A stretch of DNA of 63,809 bases, counting the filler, from Basidiobolus ranarum (lineage: Eukaryota), in NCBI GenBank assembly GCA_040143965.1. It is 37 parts of 37 records of this genome, joined end to end, with 100 filler letters (N's around TTAATTAATTAA, not from the genome) between each part and the next. Parts side by side here need not be neighbours in the genome. Positions count along the whole stretch, not along the records: positions 50,142 to 51,764 come from JASJQH010004689.1; positions 51,865 to 53,486 come from JASJQH010004690.1; positions 53,587 to 55,208 come from JASJQH010004691.1; positions 55,309 to 56,929 come from JASJQH010004692.1; positions 57,030 to 58,650 come from JASJQH010004693.1; positions 58,751 to 60,370 come from JASJQH010004694.1; positions 60,471 to 62,090 come from JASJQH010004695.1; 30 more parts are not named here. One strand, written 5' to 3'. A program made the translations under genes and the position numbers. Positions 50,362-62,190 of this stretch are shown here, one piece after another. Every line of letters begins with the position of its first letter. Position 1 is the stretch's first letter. The notes under the pieces are model-generated. The model was not told where the DNA came from and ran no database searches. It was given only the letters and a program-made list of their open reading frames with translations.

Positions 50362-51764
50362 ATATCATTTTATTATATATCAAATAGATATTAAAAGTGA
50401 TTTTTTGTATGGTGAGCTTGCTGAGGAAATCTATATGTATCAGCCAAATGGATTTGTGAACTTAGAAAACCCAAAAAAAGTTTGCAAACTCCAGAAAACA
50501 CTCTATGGCTTAAAACAATCTCCAAGAGCTTGGAATAGCAAGATAGACATTTTGTTGGAGGCACTTAAATTCCAAAAAAGTAATGCTGACTATTGTATCT
50601 CCTTCAGGCCATATAAGACAAACCCAGTTTTATAGCCTTATATGTGATGACCTTATTATAGCAACCTAAAACTTGAAGATTTTGGATTAAACCAAAACCG
50701 TCTTATCTGCCAAATTCAAAATGACTGATCTTGGTAAACTGACATAATAGCTTGGAATCCAAATTAAGATATATAGAACTACCAAAACAAAAACTTTAAA
50801 CCACTCCAAGTATATCCTGGCTATACCAAAGAAGTTTTAAATGGAACAATGTAATCTAGTATCTATCCCTATGGAGACAAATCTTAACTTTACTAAAAAT
50901 GGCTTGTAACAGATGTTTTTAGATTCAAATGAAAGCCAGAAATTTCCTTATCAATCTGTAGTTGGTAGTTTGACATATGTCATGTTGAAATTAGCATTGC
51001 CTAAACACCTATATACTCATATATAGCTTGGTACTTATCTGATAATTTATTGAGGTTTTATCCATTATTCTCAATTGGAATTTACTTGGAATATTTTTAC
51101 CAACTTGGAAGTTCTCAGATGTATAGATTTTTCAAACCTGTGCTAGGAGACCCAAACTTTGCACATGTGTTCTTGGGACCTTCCATAGCATATTCTACAT
51201 ATTAGTCTGTTTACATCTTGACAAAACTTTAAATGTCCACCATCTACTCAATAAAAACCACCAATATCTGAAAATCTCCACCCCACTTCAGACAGGCTCC
51301 CAAATACTTTAACATATCATGGTTGGAACATGGCCAATATTGCATATTCTGTGGGAGTAATGTGCCATGGTCTTCAAAATTATGGATCTGATCAAATCAT
51401 AGCAGTTAAATGTATTTCTAGATATTTGAATGGCACTGTGGATCTGTGCTTAAAATAAATATAATCTGGACCAAACCATGGTCTGATGGGATATTCAGAT
51501 GCAAATTGAGAAGAGTTACTGAAGACAGGAGATCCACAACAAGATACTTATCTCTTTGCTGTAATGGAGCTATTTCTTGGAATTCAAAGAAATAACCTAC
51601 TGTAGCCTTTCAACAACAGAAGCAGAATACATGGGTGCCTTTGAAGCAACAAAAGAAGCATTACAGCTAAGAAAACTCTTAATAGATTTAGGGTATTCTC
51701 AAAATTCAACAACTACAACATTTCAAGATAATCAAAGTTGCATCAAATTAGCTAAAGATCCCAT
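50362..51764 (+). pseudogene. Ty1/copia RT-RNase H, preceded by an LTR-F end at 50142-50361
   Basis: LYGLKQSPRAW, LSTTEAEY and QDNQSCI motifs. Confidence 0.9.
50983..51314 (+). repeat. Solo LTR-A with 5-bp TSD (TGTCA/TATCA)
   Basis: TGTTGAAA...TTTAACA. The host RT resumes on the right side. Confidence 0.85.
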
Positions 51765-51865
51765 NNNNNNNNNNNNNNNNNNNNNNNNNNNNNNNNNNNN
51801 NNNNNNNNTTAATTAATTAANNNNNNNNNNNNNNNNNNNNNNNNNNNNNNNNNNNNNNNNNNNNG

Positions 51866-53341
51866 CTCAACAAAAATGACCTTCTTCCAGACCCTATTCT
51901 AGCCAGATGGATCTCTTACATCAGAATGTTTGATTTCACTATTAGACATATTCCTGGAATACATCACAAAGGCCCTGATTCACTTTCAAGGAAGCAACCA
52001 GAAAACCCTGATTCAACTGATGAAGAAGAAATTGATGAATTTCTTGAACAAGAATCATTGGGGTTCTCTTATCTTCATCAAAGTCAGGAAGAATATGAGA
52101 ACATTCTAATATTCTTGAAAACATTTAAAGTTCCAAGTAACCTTTCCAGTAGTCAAGTTAGCAGCTTTAAAAAGAAAGCACTAAAGTATCAAGTCATTGA
52201 TAACATGTTGTTTCGAAGAAGCAAAACTGGAATACCAAGAAGATATATTCCTGACATAGAGGAGCAAAAACAAATTATCAAAGCACTCCATGAAGAGATT
52301 GATGGTGGACATAAAGGAATAATTTCCACCTATGCAAAAACTTCACTTCGATATTACTGGCCAACACAATACAAAGATGTCAAAAACTATGTAATCACCT
52401 GCCTAGCTTGTCAGATGAGAGATACAAAGAGACTACATGAACCTCTAAAACCCATCTTCACTTCATATACTTGGCAAATGGCACATCTGGATATAACTCA
52501 TCTTCCAAAATCAACAGCAGGCTACAAGTACATTGTAGACTGCAGAGATAACTTCTCTGGATGGGTTGAAGCAAGAATGTTAAGAAAAGCCACAGCTAAA
52601 AATGTTGCTTTATTTCTGGAGCAAGATATATTCCTTCGACATGGTAATGTTCACAACATTGTCACTGACAATGGAGAATGTGGATGTCAAGAAGTCATTA
52701 ATATAGCTAGAAAGTATGGTGCTAAACTTATCCATACTTCTCCATATCATCCTCAAGGAAATGCACCAGTTGAAAGAGGACATAGAGCTTTAGTAAATAC
52801 ACTTGCAAAAAGTGCTATATCTGAACCTCATAAATGGCCAAACTATTTCTTTGCTGCAATATGGGCAGACAGAATTACTACCAAGAGGAGTACTGGTTAT
52901 TCTCCATTCTATCTCATATATGGGCATGAAGCAATATTACCAATAGACATTAAGCTAGAAAATTGGCTTACATTTCAATGGAAAAGAAACATGACAACAG
53001 AAGAATTACTTGAAACTAGAATTGAACAAATTCTTCAACAGCAAGAATGCCTCAAAGTTGCAGAACATAACCTAAAGAATAGTAGAAGTAAAGCAAAAGA
53101 ATATGCAGACAAAGAGAGAACACTAAGAAAAGAAAAACTCAGAGTTGGTGATCTAGTTTTATTACATAATACAAAACTAGATACACAATGGTCACAAAAG
53201 CTTGATATGAAATGGACAGGTCCATTCTGTATTCAAAAGATTTACAACAATGGCACTTACTCCATTTCAGAACTTGACAACACACCATTAGCTACTGCTC
53301 AACATGGTAGCCGTCTTAAATTATTCCATCCCAGAATATAA
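51866..53341 (+). CDS. Ty3/gypsy (Ylt1-like, no chromodomain) pol: RNase H end and uninterrupted integrase; PPT and LTR start at 53374
   Basis: Open from the contig start. HHCC (HEEIDGGH...CLAC), HLD, TDNG, VERGH and WTGPF motifs. AGGGGAGACT precedes TGTAGT. Confidence 0.92.
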   Translation, partial: LNKNDLLPDPILARWISYIRMFDFTIRHIPGIHHKGPDSLSRKQPENPDSTDEEEIDEFLEQESLGFSYLHQSQEEYENILIFLKTFKVPSNLSSSQVSSFKKKALKYQVIDNMLFRRSKTGIPRRYIPDIEEQKQIIKALHEEIDGGHKGIISTYAKTSLRYYWPTQYKDVKNYVITCLACQMRDTKRLHEPLKPIFTSYTWQMAHLDITHLPKSTAGYKYIVDCRDNFSGWVEARMLRKATAKNVALFLEQDIFLRHGNVHNIVTDNGECGCQEVINIARKYGAKLIHTSPYHPQGNAPVERGHRALVNTLAKSAISEPHKWPNYFFAAIWADRITTKRSTGYSPFYLIYGHEAILPIDIKLENWLTFQWKRNMTTEELLETRIEQILQQQECLKVAEHNLKNSRSKAKEYADKERTLRKEKLRVGDLVLLHNTKLDTQWSQKLDMKWTGPFCIQKIYNNGTYSISELDNTPLATAQHGSRLKLFHPRI

Positions 53342-53669
53342 TGAGGGCATTATATATCAACTCAGGGGAGACTTGTAGTGTTGGAAATATTCCAATCATA
53401 TCTTGCACATAATAAGCAGGAAGAATATTATCTATTGCTATCTTAAAATATTTTACAGATCAAGAAAAAGAACAAGAATATTCGATNNNNNNNNNNNNNN
53501 NNNNNNNNNNNNNNNNNNNNNNNNNNNNNNTTAATTAATTAANNNNNNNNNNNNNNNNNNNNNNNNNNNNNNNNNNNNNNNNNNNNTCCTACAAAACTGG
53601 TTCTGATGCTAGAAAGATGTTTCTAAGAAGCCAATTCTTTGCCTTAAATATGAAGCCAGGAGAAATTGT

Positions 53670-54579
53670 TAAATTAATCACTCTAACAAAAATGAAGTTG
53701 ATTTCATCAGGATTGAGTGCACCCTTGTGGATTGCAAAACTATCAGAGGTCAGTCACATATATGGTGGCTTGCAAGCTGCCAGGGATTTTAAAGGTTGAG
53801 ATGGCAGCTACTTGATGATTTTCTGATGGTATTCATACATGATAAAATATTGATGCTCATATTTGGCATACATTATTTAATTTCCAACAATTTTTAAATG
53901 GCAAATAACCACACTTACTGCTATAGAAATTCAAATTAATATGCATGCCTTGATTTAAATATCTTAGGCTTTGTATTATGGCAATAAGCAGAGTTGAAAA
54001 ATGCCAAAATCAAGTTGTGCTTAGTTTCTACATATGGACATACTTGATTGATCAGACTTAACTCAAAATCATCCACATGCTTTAGCAGCAAACTAATGGT
54101 GGAAAAAGTGCCAATCATCTGTAATTATGAATAGCACTAACACTTGGCAAAAAGCTGACTTTTGTTACCATTCATGCTGAGAATAAGTGGTTGTATATGG
54201 GCATATTTCCATCAAGAAATATGCCAATCTAACCCCTACTTGCAGTCAACAAATATCCTACCCGAAGTACACATGTCATTGCTTGAATAGATAACCCCAT
54301 AGTTAATACAAGAATACTGTGTATCTCAATCTATCTCACCAAGAAGTCTGTCTTGCAGCTTTCCTAGAAGCACAGTCAAATTACTATAATAACAAATTGT
54401 TATAATTTATAGTAGAACTTACTCTGAGTCCATGGATTGGGTTTTGTTGATGTTATTGTGCTCAAGTAATGCAAAAACCTGTGAGCACATTGGAAAGAGC
54501 CCTTGATTGGAAGGTTAATATGGTCTAAAGTTTCTGTAACCCATCCCATTACATCCATCACTGATTTTGCTGATCCATT
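53670..54579 (-). mobile_element. Diverged CACTA 3' region
   Basis: Co-linear with 62812-63730. Confidence 0.75.
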
Positions 54580-55208
54580 CACTAGCAAAAATTTGATGAT
54601 AATTTATGTCAAAAATTGTAACAACATTAGGATTGGCCATTTACTTAAGGTCATAAAATTTTCAAGTTAGATTTGATTTCAATCAAATTTCAGTTACAGG
54701 AGTGCAATTTCAAGATCTTGAAAAATGGTTGTGCATGATTGTCTACAATCTCAGAGAAGTATGGATCAGCAAATGCATAAAAAACATAACTCAAATTATA
54801 CACATTTACCACTTGAACACAAATTTGTCACCTTCAAAATTGCTAGTTTCTTGGATATATTCTCCTGAATAGTTTTACAATGTTCCTCATACCCAAGGTT
54901 CAGCTCATATCCAACACAAGCTTGAATCAATATCTCCATCAAGGCCCACCAATTTATAACATTGCTGCATCAATATTCTTCCAGCTATCTGGCAGATACT
55001 CTACAATATTGTGCCACTATGTGTTAGGTTCTTCCCAGATATCTGCAGGTTCAACCCCAAACTGAATGTCAAGTTGAATGTTTTTCTTCTGTAGCTACTC
55101 TCTGCACACTTGCACTGTTTTTTGCTTTGTACTTTTGAAAATGCTTATCAAGCAATATATTTGAAAATATTCCTCAAGCACTTTGACTATTTTTGTACAT
55201 CTTTGTAG
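54580..55208 (+). mobile_element. CACTA left end (CACTAGCAAAAAT) with a decayed minus-strand reading frame running toward the TIR
   Basis: Literal CACTA terminus. The subterminal region matches 3138-3371. Confidence 0.7.
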
Positions 55209-55308
55209 NNNNNNNNNNNNNNNNNNNNNNNNNNNNNNNNNNNNNNNNNNNNTTAATTAATTAANNNNNNNNNNNNNNNNNNNNNNNNNNNNNNNNNNNN
55301 NNNNNNNN

Positions 55309-55467
55309 ATGCACTCTCTTGCCTTAATTGCTGATCACTTGTTCATGACATTTTGACAGGCAAATCTTGTTACCATCACATGATTCCCAGCAACGGGTCC
55401 TCTCGCTATCTTCATTGCCAGCTAAGAGGATAGCAGAAAGGAAGATGGTAGAAATCAGGTATTTTAT
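55309..55467 (-). pseudogene. Secreted Cys-rich protein, tandem copy 2 (start codon mutated to ATA, frameshift)
   Basis: (I)KYLISTIFLSAILLAGNEDSERTRCWESCDGNKICLSKC. Confidence 0.65.
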
Positions 55468-56287
55468 GGTGTAACGTTCTGTTGACTAAGGATATTACAA
55501 GCCATCTTATATAACATGAAGATGTGGCTGTAGTTTCTGTATTAAAATATTTCAGCCTATATCTGCTGTAAAGACGTTTCAATCCATGGAATACTTCGCT
55601 TGATACAACAACGTTTCCCATTGGATCTATTAAGAGTAGCTATATATCCCCAAACTCGCCAATCGACATGGTGAAAGTTCTTTTTAAACCTGCATAATGC
55701 TTAAATTGACTTTTTAAGCGAAGAAATGATTCTTAGAAAATAGACTGAATTGATTTGTTAAAACCAACATATTGCTTCATGAATGTGAAGACATGGTTTT
55801 TGAATATTAGATATTATTCGTACCTGGTGCGCATTTCTTGATCAGAAATAGTACGGACTTAGAATTCCTGATACATCGAGTATTGGTTTTTTTTAGTGTT
55901 GTAATATAGATGAAGGTTGTGGGTGCCCTCAGTTCAGATACTATCTCCATTAACTCGTTGTAATATATACCAATATAACAACACTGTAACTGGAGTAATC
56001 GAGAAATTGAATATGATCATGTTTTGATGATACAATCTCGAGAATAAAGTGTGTAAAAATGCCGCTTTTCGACTACATATTGAAAGCACAACTTGTGTTG
56101 GGGCTTATACTATCATTCCAAAGTGTTACCATTTAGATCATGGTTCATGAAATCTTTTATATAACTGGACCTACAGTGTTTCTAATTTATTTGATGTTCC
56201 ACCTAACAACACTACTATAATTATATGATGCTTTACAGATGTTTCAATCTTAAACGATGGTTTTGTAATATTATTAAGCTTAGTTCA

Positions 56288-56821
56288 TTAGTTAGAACAA
56301 TAGAGATACTGAGTGCAACATTTTAGGATACACTTCACACCGGTGGTTGTATTTGCACAGTTACACCTTCCTATGAACCTTCCAAATATTTGATCAAGTT
56401 GGGCGTATGATTGGAACTGTCTCAGAGACAATAACCTTACAGTTCTTCTGAGTTGGTTTCCTGGTTGTGATAGAAGAAGGAGTTGTCTCTATTTTGCTTG
56501 GCAACGCTTGATTAGTAATTTTAGTTGTTCTACGGTTCTTCTGAGCTGGCTTCTTGATCGTAATAGAGGATGGAGTTGGCGATTATCTGTACCAACAGAG
56601 TGGTAATTGAGAGTCTTGTTGAGTACGTAAAGTCTGATGTCAAGTCAAAATTATTAAACACATATTCTTTGATGCAAGACTTGTTCCACTCTCTTTCCTT
56701 AATTGAAGCAGTGAAGTCACACTGTGACTTTGATTGGCAAATTTCGTTGACAACCTTTGACAGCTTCATTACTAGCTAAAAGGATAGCAGAAAGGAAGAC
56801 GATAGGAAGCAAGTATTTCAT
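56288..56821 (-). pseudogene. Secreted Cys-rich protein with S/T/K linker, tandem copy 1 (frameshifted)
   Basis: MKYLLPIVFLSAILLASNEA, then PTPSSITIKKPAQK repeated as TTPSSITTRKPTQK, then CNCANTTTGVKCILKCC. TATA-like TATATAA upstream, shared with copy 2. Confidence 0.65.
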
Positions 56822-56885
56822 AGTGTAGTTATTACATGGGCATAGTGTAGTTATTACATGGGCATAGTGTAGTTATTACATGGGT
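56819..56885. repeat. 22-bp perfect tandem repeat x3 overlapping the start codon
   Basis: CATAGTGTAGTTATTACATGGG repeated three times. Confidence 0.9.
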
Positions 56886-57029
56886 TTTGTTCAGTATAGA
56901 CGTTGTAACTTCTTATATAACATGTAAATNNNNNNNNNNNNNNNNNNNNNNNNNNNNNNNNNNNNNNNNNNNNTTAATTAATTAANNNNNNNNNNNNNNN
57001 NNNNNNNNNNNNNNNNNNNNNNNNNNNNN

Positions 57030-58046
57030 ACCTTATGGAACCAAGGAAACAAATCAGCTAGAATCCTTGAGGCCGCACCTAATGCTAAGATACATATGTG
57101 CGAAGAGCATTGTGCTGAAGGATCAGCCGCTCAGGTGATGCTACACGGAGCCGCATGGCAGCCTGGGGTGAAGTATCGGTTCAAGGTCGACGTCGAGCGT
57201 GACGGAGAGAATGAAATTTACACTGCGCAGATGTACAAAGACAATAAATGGAACTTGATTGCTAAGGCGCTTGGCCCGAACTATGCCAACAAAGGATTAG
57301 GTTACCTCTACCAGTTCCTTGAAACTTATGAAAGAGACTATGAATATCAGCGTGTAGGAGTGTATAGTGAGCAGTTCTATCAGGTAGAAGGGAATACTAC
57401 CTGGATCCCAGTACTTTCCGTTTCTCCATTCAAGAACCCTAACCGTAATCATCTATATTACGCCTACAGTGCTGCGCTTACTGAGGAAAAGAACGGTATC
57501 GTTCTCTCTCTTGATGGTGATGGCCCAGGCAATGCTGATGGTACCACTTACATGAAGTCTCTATATTATAACTCCAAGAACATCCATTTCCCTGAACAAA
57601 CTCCCAAGAAGATGTCATCCAGCACCACTACTAGTAAACCACCAAAGAAAACTCAAGCTAAACAAGATACATTACGTAAATTCCAGATTACTGACGCTAC
57701 CTGCTACTGCAACGACGTTTCAACTCTTTCCTCTCCCGTATACATGGATGATTTCCTTGTAGCCTTGCAAGATCAAGGATATTGGTGGGATAGAGCAGCC
57801 CAACAATCCAACTCCGAACATGAGTTCCTATATAATGGAACCAGCGCCGCGGGTAGAGACTACACCGCAGTGACGAAGATAAATACTCAGAAGCCCTTCG
57901 ATGGTGTTCAATCTATTAGTGCCATGCTATATGAATGTTTTATAGAATCTGAGACTGTACCTGGATACAACAATGAGCTTATTCCATCAGAGTGCTCGGT
58001 GCATACCAATTACAACGAAGTCATTGCTGAAACCCAATTTTTCTAG
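57030..58046 (+). CDS. DUF3472-like domain protein with S/T/K linker and unknown C-terminal domain; 5' truncated, intronless over the visible part
   Basis: Open from 57030 (TLWNQ...). AEGSAAQ, WQPGVKYRF, IYTA, WNLIA...P, YQFLETY and R...YSEQF parallel the DUF3472 motif order as recalled. Confidence 0.72.
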   Translation, partial: TLWNQGNKSARILEAAPNAKIHMCEEHCAEGSAAQVMLHGAAWQPGVKYRFKVDVERDGENEIYTAQMYKDNKWNLIAKALGPNYANKGLGYLYQFLETYERDYEYQRVGVYSEQFYQVEGNTTWIPVLSVSPFKNPNRNHLYYAYSAALTEEKNGIVLSLDGDGPGNADGTTYMKSLYYNSKNIHFPEQTPKKMSSSTTTSKPPKKTQAKQDTLRKFQITDATCYCNDVSTLSSPVYMDDFLVALQDQGYWWDRAAQQSNSEHEFLYNGTSAAGRDYTAVTKINTQKPFDGVQSISAMLYECFIESETVPGYNNELIPSECSVHTNYNEVIAETQFF

Positions 58047-58555
58047 ATACTGTCCTCTCTCCATGATCTTCTTTAATCTCTATCATCACTTTCGATCAAT
58101 GTCACTTCGATCAATGTCACTTTCGATCAATGTCACATGAATAAATCACGCGGATTGACCCTTAATTGTATTAGTTTGATGTGGTGCTTCAACCCGACAC
58201 ACCTTTCCAAAAATGAAGTCTTAGATGATACTTAACAGGATCTGAGCGATCTTCATAGAATCAATAGTCCATATTAAGAATGGCTATCTGGCCAAAGCGG
58301 TTGCATATTTGGTACATCAAATTTCCGAAATTGAAACCTGAGCATTTTGGGTTGTTGGTTTCTTATTATTTCCGATATATAAAGCTGGTCAATTGACTGA
58401 TAGAATTCTAAACTATGCACTGTTGACTCGTATTTTCTTCCCGTCAGTTACTAGAGCCGATTTATAGATCGCAAAATTCACTTCCTACACCCAAGCACTT
58501 CTTGAAGTCCTATGATAGAAATATATGTAAAATGGCTTAATCCTTTGACTAAGTT

Positions 58556-58650
58556 GGGTATAGATGTTCTGGTAAGGGTAAGGGAGGGTAAGGATGAAAA
58601 GAGGGGGTCTGGGGGACGCAGTCCTCCCAGTATAAAAAGAAAGCAGGGGG
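58556..58650 (+). mobile_element. G-rich element end related to LTR-C, with a GCA-loop hairpin
   Basis: GGGTATAGATGTTCTGGTAAGGGTAAGGGAGGGTAAGG is the reverse complement of about 22659-22696. Hairpin CTGGGGGAC-GCA-GTCCTCCCAG. Confidence 0.55.
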
Positions 58651-59205
58651 NNNNNNNNNNNNNNNNNNNNNNNNNNNNNNNNNNNNNNNNNNNNTTAATT
58701 AATTAANNNNNNNNNNNNNNNNNNNNNNNNNNNNNNNNNNNNNNNNNNNNGATATTCCTATTTAGAATATAGGGGCTATAGATACGTTGCTTTCTGTTTC
58801 TGATATATGTATCATAACTAAAGTTAACTATGATGTTGAATAAAGATTAATTATCCAACATTTTCAGATTGAGATTTGCAGATGTCTTCATGGAATGTGC
58901 TTGAACTAGGCAGAGAAAGAGCAGTTGCACTAATTTGAAGTTGGTGAGGCTTCAGTAAGAAAGTATTTTGGTAGCCAAAGGCCTCATGCCCTTGTTTAGG
59001 CTGTTATTCTGCTCTATGTAACAAGGCATCAGGTTTTCCTTGCTGGCTGCCTGGTCTATATGTAATCACAAAATTAGAAGTGACAAGAAATGATGATCAT
59101 CTTGCTTGAGAGTGGTTGAGAACTTTGGTTGTACTAATATACTGAAGTTTCATATGAACACAATAGAGTGTGATTATGTGATTTGCTCTATCCAAGTATT
59201 ATGGC

Positions 59206-60370
59206 TTTAGTGGGATAGCATTGCTACCCACTGGCTGGTTGACTTATTTCCACTCCAAGCTCATATCACTACTGTTGCACAATTTCTATATTGTTCTTCA
59301 TATTTGACTTACCCATATTTTCTAGCTAATCATATCACACAATTAGTATCTTGCCCAATTACTTCAGATTTTGCGCTATCTACCAACATTAGCTCTATTA
59401 TTTTCTGGAAAATTCTACAATCTTCCGGAACATTCCACAAGATTCTTGAATTATTTGATGATTGATTGAATTTTGACCAAACAACACTTGATTTTGCTGA
59501 TAGAGGGGGGTAGTGTTGATCCTCACTGGCAGGTTGATTTATTTCCTCTCCAAGCTCATATTATTACTATTGCATAATTTCTATTTTATTATTAATATTT
59601 GACTTACCCATACTTTTAGCCAAATATATCATACCACCAGTATTATCCCCTATTATTTCAGACTTACTGGTATTAATCCACATTAGCCCTAATTTTTTCT
59701 GTAAAATTCTACAATCTTCCAGCAAATTCCACAAGACTCTTGGCATATTTGATGATCAATTGAATTTTGACCAACCAAAAGTTGACTTTGCTGGAACATT
59801 TGTGACTCTTGGGATTATTCTATAATCTTCCAGAACATTCCATGGATTGTTAATCGCATGATTTTTGATGATATCATAACCCCAGATCCTCTCCAATAGG
59901 ATTCTCTGGAACTTTCCTGAAATTCTCATCAGTAATCATTTCTACCTAGAGAAAAGTATAGATAGGAGCCATATCTTTTCATATAAAAATCATTGTGGTT
60001 TTCAACCAACAATAACTACTTGTGATCACCCCTTATTTTCATCATTGCTTATGAGACCTTTGCAGAGGAAGCTCTGGATAGACTACTAGAGACAGTTACA
60101 GGCTACTCTGTGACTAGAAAGGACTTGACTAACTCAAAGGAAGTACTGACAGGTAGATGTTATATTTCTGATGCTTTATTTTTTTCCCTAGCTTTGTCTG
60201 CATAGGCAAGGAACTTTTAATATCCTTGGATAAATCACTACTAGTGCATCATTGTTCAAGACCCTGCTGGCTGCATTTACAGTGGTTTTTGATTGGATAT
60301 ACCCTTTTTATCTGATCATTCTCAAAGGATGTTGAAGCCAGTGTATTCTTTTGTCAGGTCCCAGCATATT
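59206..60370 (+). repeat. Two LTR-G copies, a truncated one followed by a longer one from about 59509
   Basis: Co-linear with 10712-12041. Confidence 0.8.
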
Positions 60371-60470
60371 NNNNNNNNNNNNNNNNNNNNNNNNNNNNNN
60401 NNNNNNNNNNNNNNTTAATTAATTAANNNNNNNNNNNNNNNNNNNNNNNNNNNNNNNNNNNNNNNNNNNN

Positions 60471-61978
60471 TAAGTGATATTTGACTAAGTAATGTTAACT
60501 AAATTATATGTGATATATGAAATAGTTAGGTGTATAAAGATAGAGATAACAAATGTGATAAAGACAATAAACTTCAACACTCCCACTCAACTAAATATTC
60601 ATATATTTTAATCCTAACTTAAATCTGAATTCTTCAAATTTTTGTTTGTGTTATGGTTTGGTAAGGATGTTGGCAATTATGTCCTCAATTGGACAGTACT
60701 CAAGTTGGATGTGCTTATTCTCAATAGCTTACCTAACAAATTGATGTTGAATGTCAATGTGCTTACTTCTAGCATGAAATTTGGGATTTTTATCTACAGA
60801 AATGCAACTTTGATTATCCTTGAAAATTATGGTGGGTGAACTTTGAAAAATGCCCAAGTCTTTGAACAGTTTCCTCAACCACATAGCCTCCTTTGTTGTA
60901 TGTGATGCTGCCAAGTACTCTGCTTCAGTTGTTGAAAGTGCTATGATGAGTTGTTTCTTGCTATTCCAAGATATGGCTGCTTCACCATAGAGAAAGGTAT
61001 ATCCAGTGATAGATCTTCTGTCCTCAATGTCATGTCCCCAATCTGCATCACTAAACCCAATTAGATCCTTATTCTCACAAGAATATGTGTATCTTAATCC
61101 CAGATCAATTGGCCCCTTCAAATATCTGAAAATCCGCTTAACTGCTGCATAATGCTCAGATCCTGGGTTTTGCACATGTTGGCTGACTACTCCCACTGCA
61201 AAAGAGATATCTGGCCGGGTTCCAGTCATAGCATAGATCAAACTGCCTACCAGAGATTGATACAGGAACTCAGGGCTTTCAAATGACATATTTTGAGCCA
61301 TAATTGGCCAACTTTCATCATTTTTGATGGGATTTTTGACTAGTTTCACACCTGGATCCATGGGAGTTGCTACTGGCTTACAATTCTCCATCCTGTAACA
61401 TCTGAGAATGTCTGAGATGTATTTAGAATGATTCAGAGTAATAGATTTGCTCAATATATCTGTATGGATTTGCAGACCTAAAAAATACATAAGTTCACCT
61501 AAATTGGTCTTCTTGAATTAGATGGATAGATCTCTTTTGGTGTTCCTGAGAGCTTCATCATTATTGGTAGCTATAATCAGATCATCTACATATAAGGCAA
61601 GTATCACCTTACTGTCCTTATCTGTCTTAAAGTAGATCCCAAAATCTGCTGTACTCTTTTGGAAATCAAGTGATTCTAAGTATGTGTCTATCTTAGTGTA
61701 CCAGGCCCTGGGTGATTGTTTAAGTCCATAAAGTGATTTTTGAAGCTTACACACATCCTCAGGGTGCTCAGGATCCACAAAACCATCTGGTTAATTCATG
61801 AGTATATCCTCTACCAAGTCCCCATTCAAAAAAGCAGTTTTAACATCCATTTGATGGCTTTTTAAGCTGTGTTTTGCTGATACTGCCAATACAGTTCTGA
61901 TGGAATTAAACTTTGCTACAGGAGCAAATGTGTCATTGTAGTCCACTCCTTCCTTTTGAGAGTATCCTTTAGCCATAA
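60471..61978 (-). mobile_element. Ty1/copia RT-RNase H, PPT (60580-60590) and 3' LTR-B start (60579-60471)
   Basis: AKGYSQ, QMDVKTAFLNG, YVDD, FSDADW, EAEY and KHIDI motifs. TTGAGTGGGAG precedes TGTTG. Confidence 0.93.
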
Positions 61979-61980
61979 GA

Positions 61981-62090
61981 TAATCAAGTCTGGAATTAAG
62001 ATTTGTTTTAAAAAGATATAATCAAGTCTGGAATTAAGATTTGTTTTAAAAAGATATAATCAAGTCTGGAATTAAGATTTGTTTTAAAAA
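61981..62090. repeat. 38-bp perfect tandem repeat, about 3 copies, running off the contig end
   Basis: TAATCAAGTCTGGAATTAAGATTTGTTTTAAAAAGATA starting at 61981, 62019 and 62057. Confidence 0.92.
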
Positions 62091-62190
62091 NNNNNNNNNN
62101 NNNNNNNNNNNNNNNNNNNNNNNNNNNNNNNNNNTTAATTAATTAANNNNNNNNNNNNNNNNNNNNNNNNNNNNNNNNNNNNNNNNNNNN

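Larger units (their letters stand above)
1637..62190. other. 36 artificial 100-bp contig spacers (N44-TTAATTAATTAA-N44), first at 1637-1736 and last at 62091-62190, separating 37 unlinked contigs
   Basis: Identical linker with stops in all six frames. Contig lengths fall monotonically from 1636 to 1619 bp. Confidence 0.98.

Noticed and set aside
58086-58137. Short triplicated motif downstream of the DUF3472-like gene
   Set aside because: Looks like simple slippage in a 3' UTR, with no further structure.
61981-62090. 38-bp direct repeats as a CRISPR array
   Set aside because: No spacers, no cas genes, and the context is eukaryotic.
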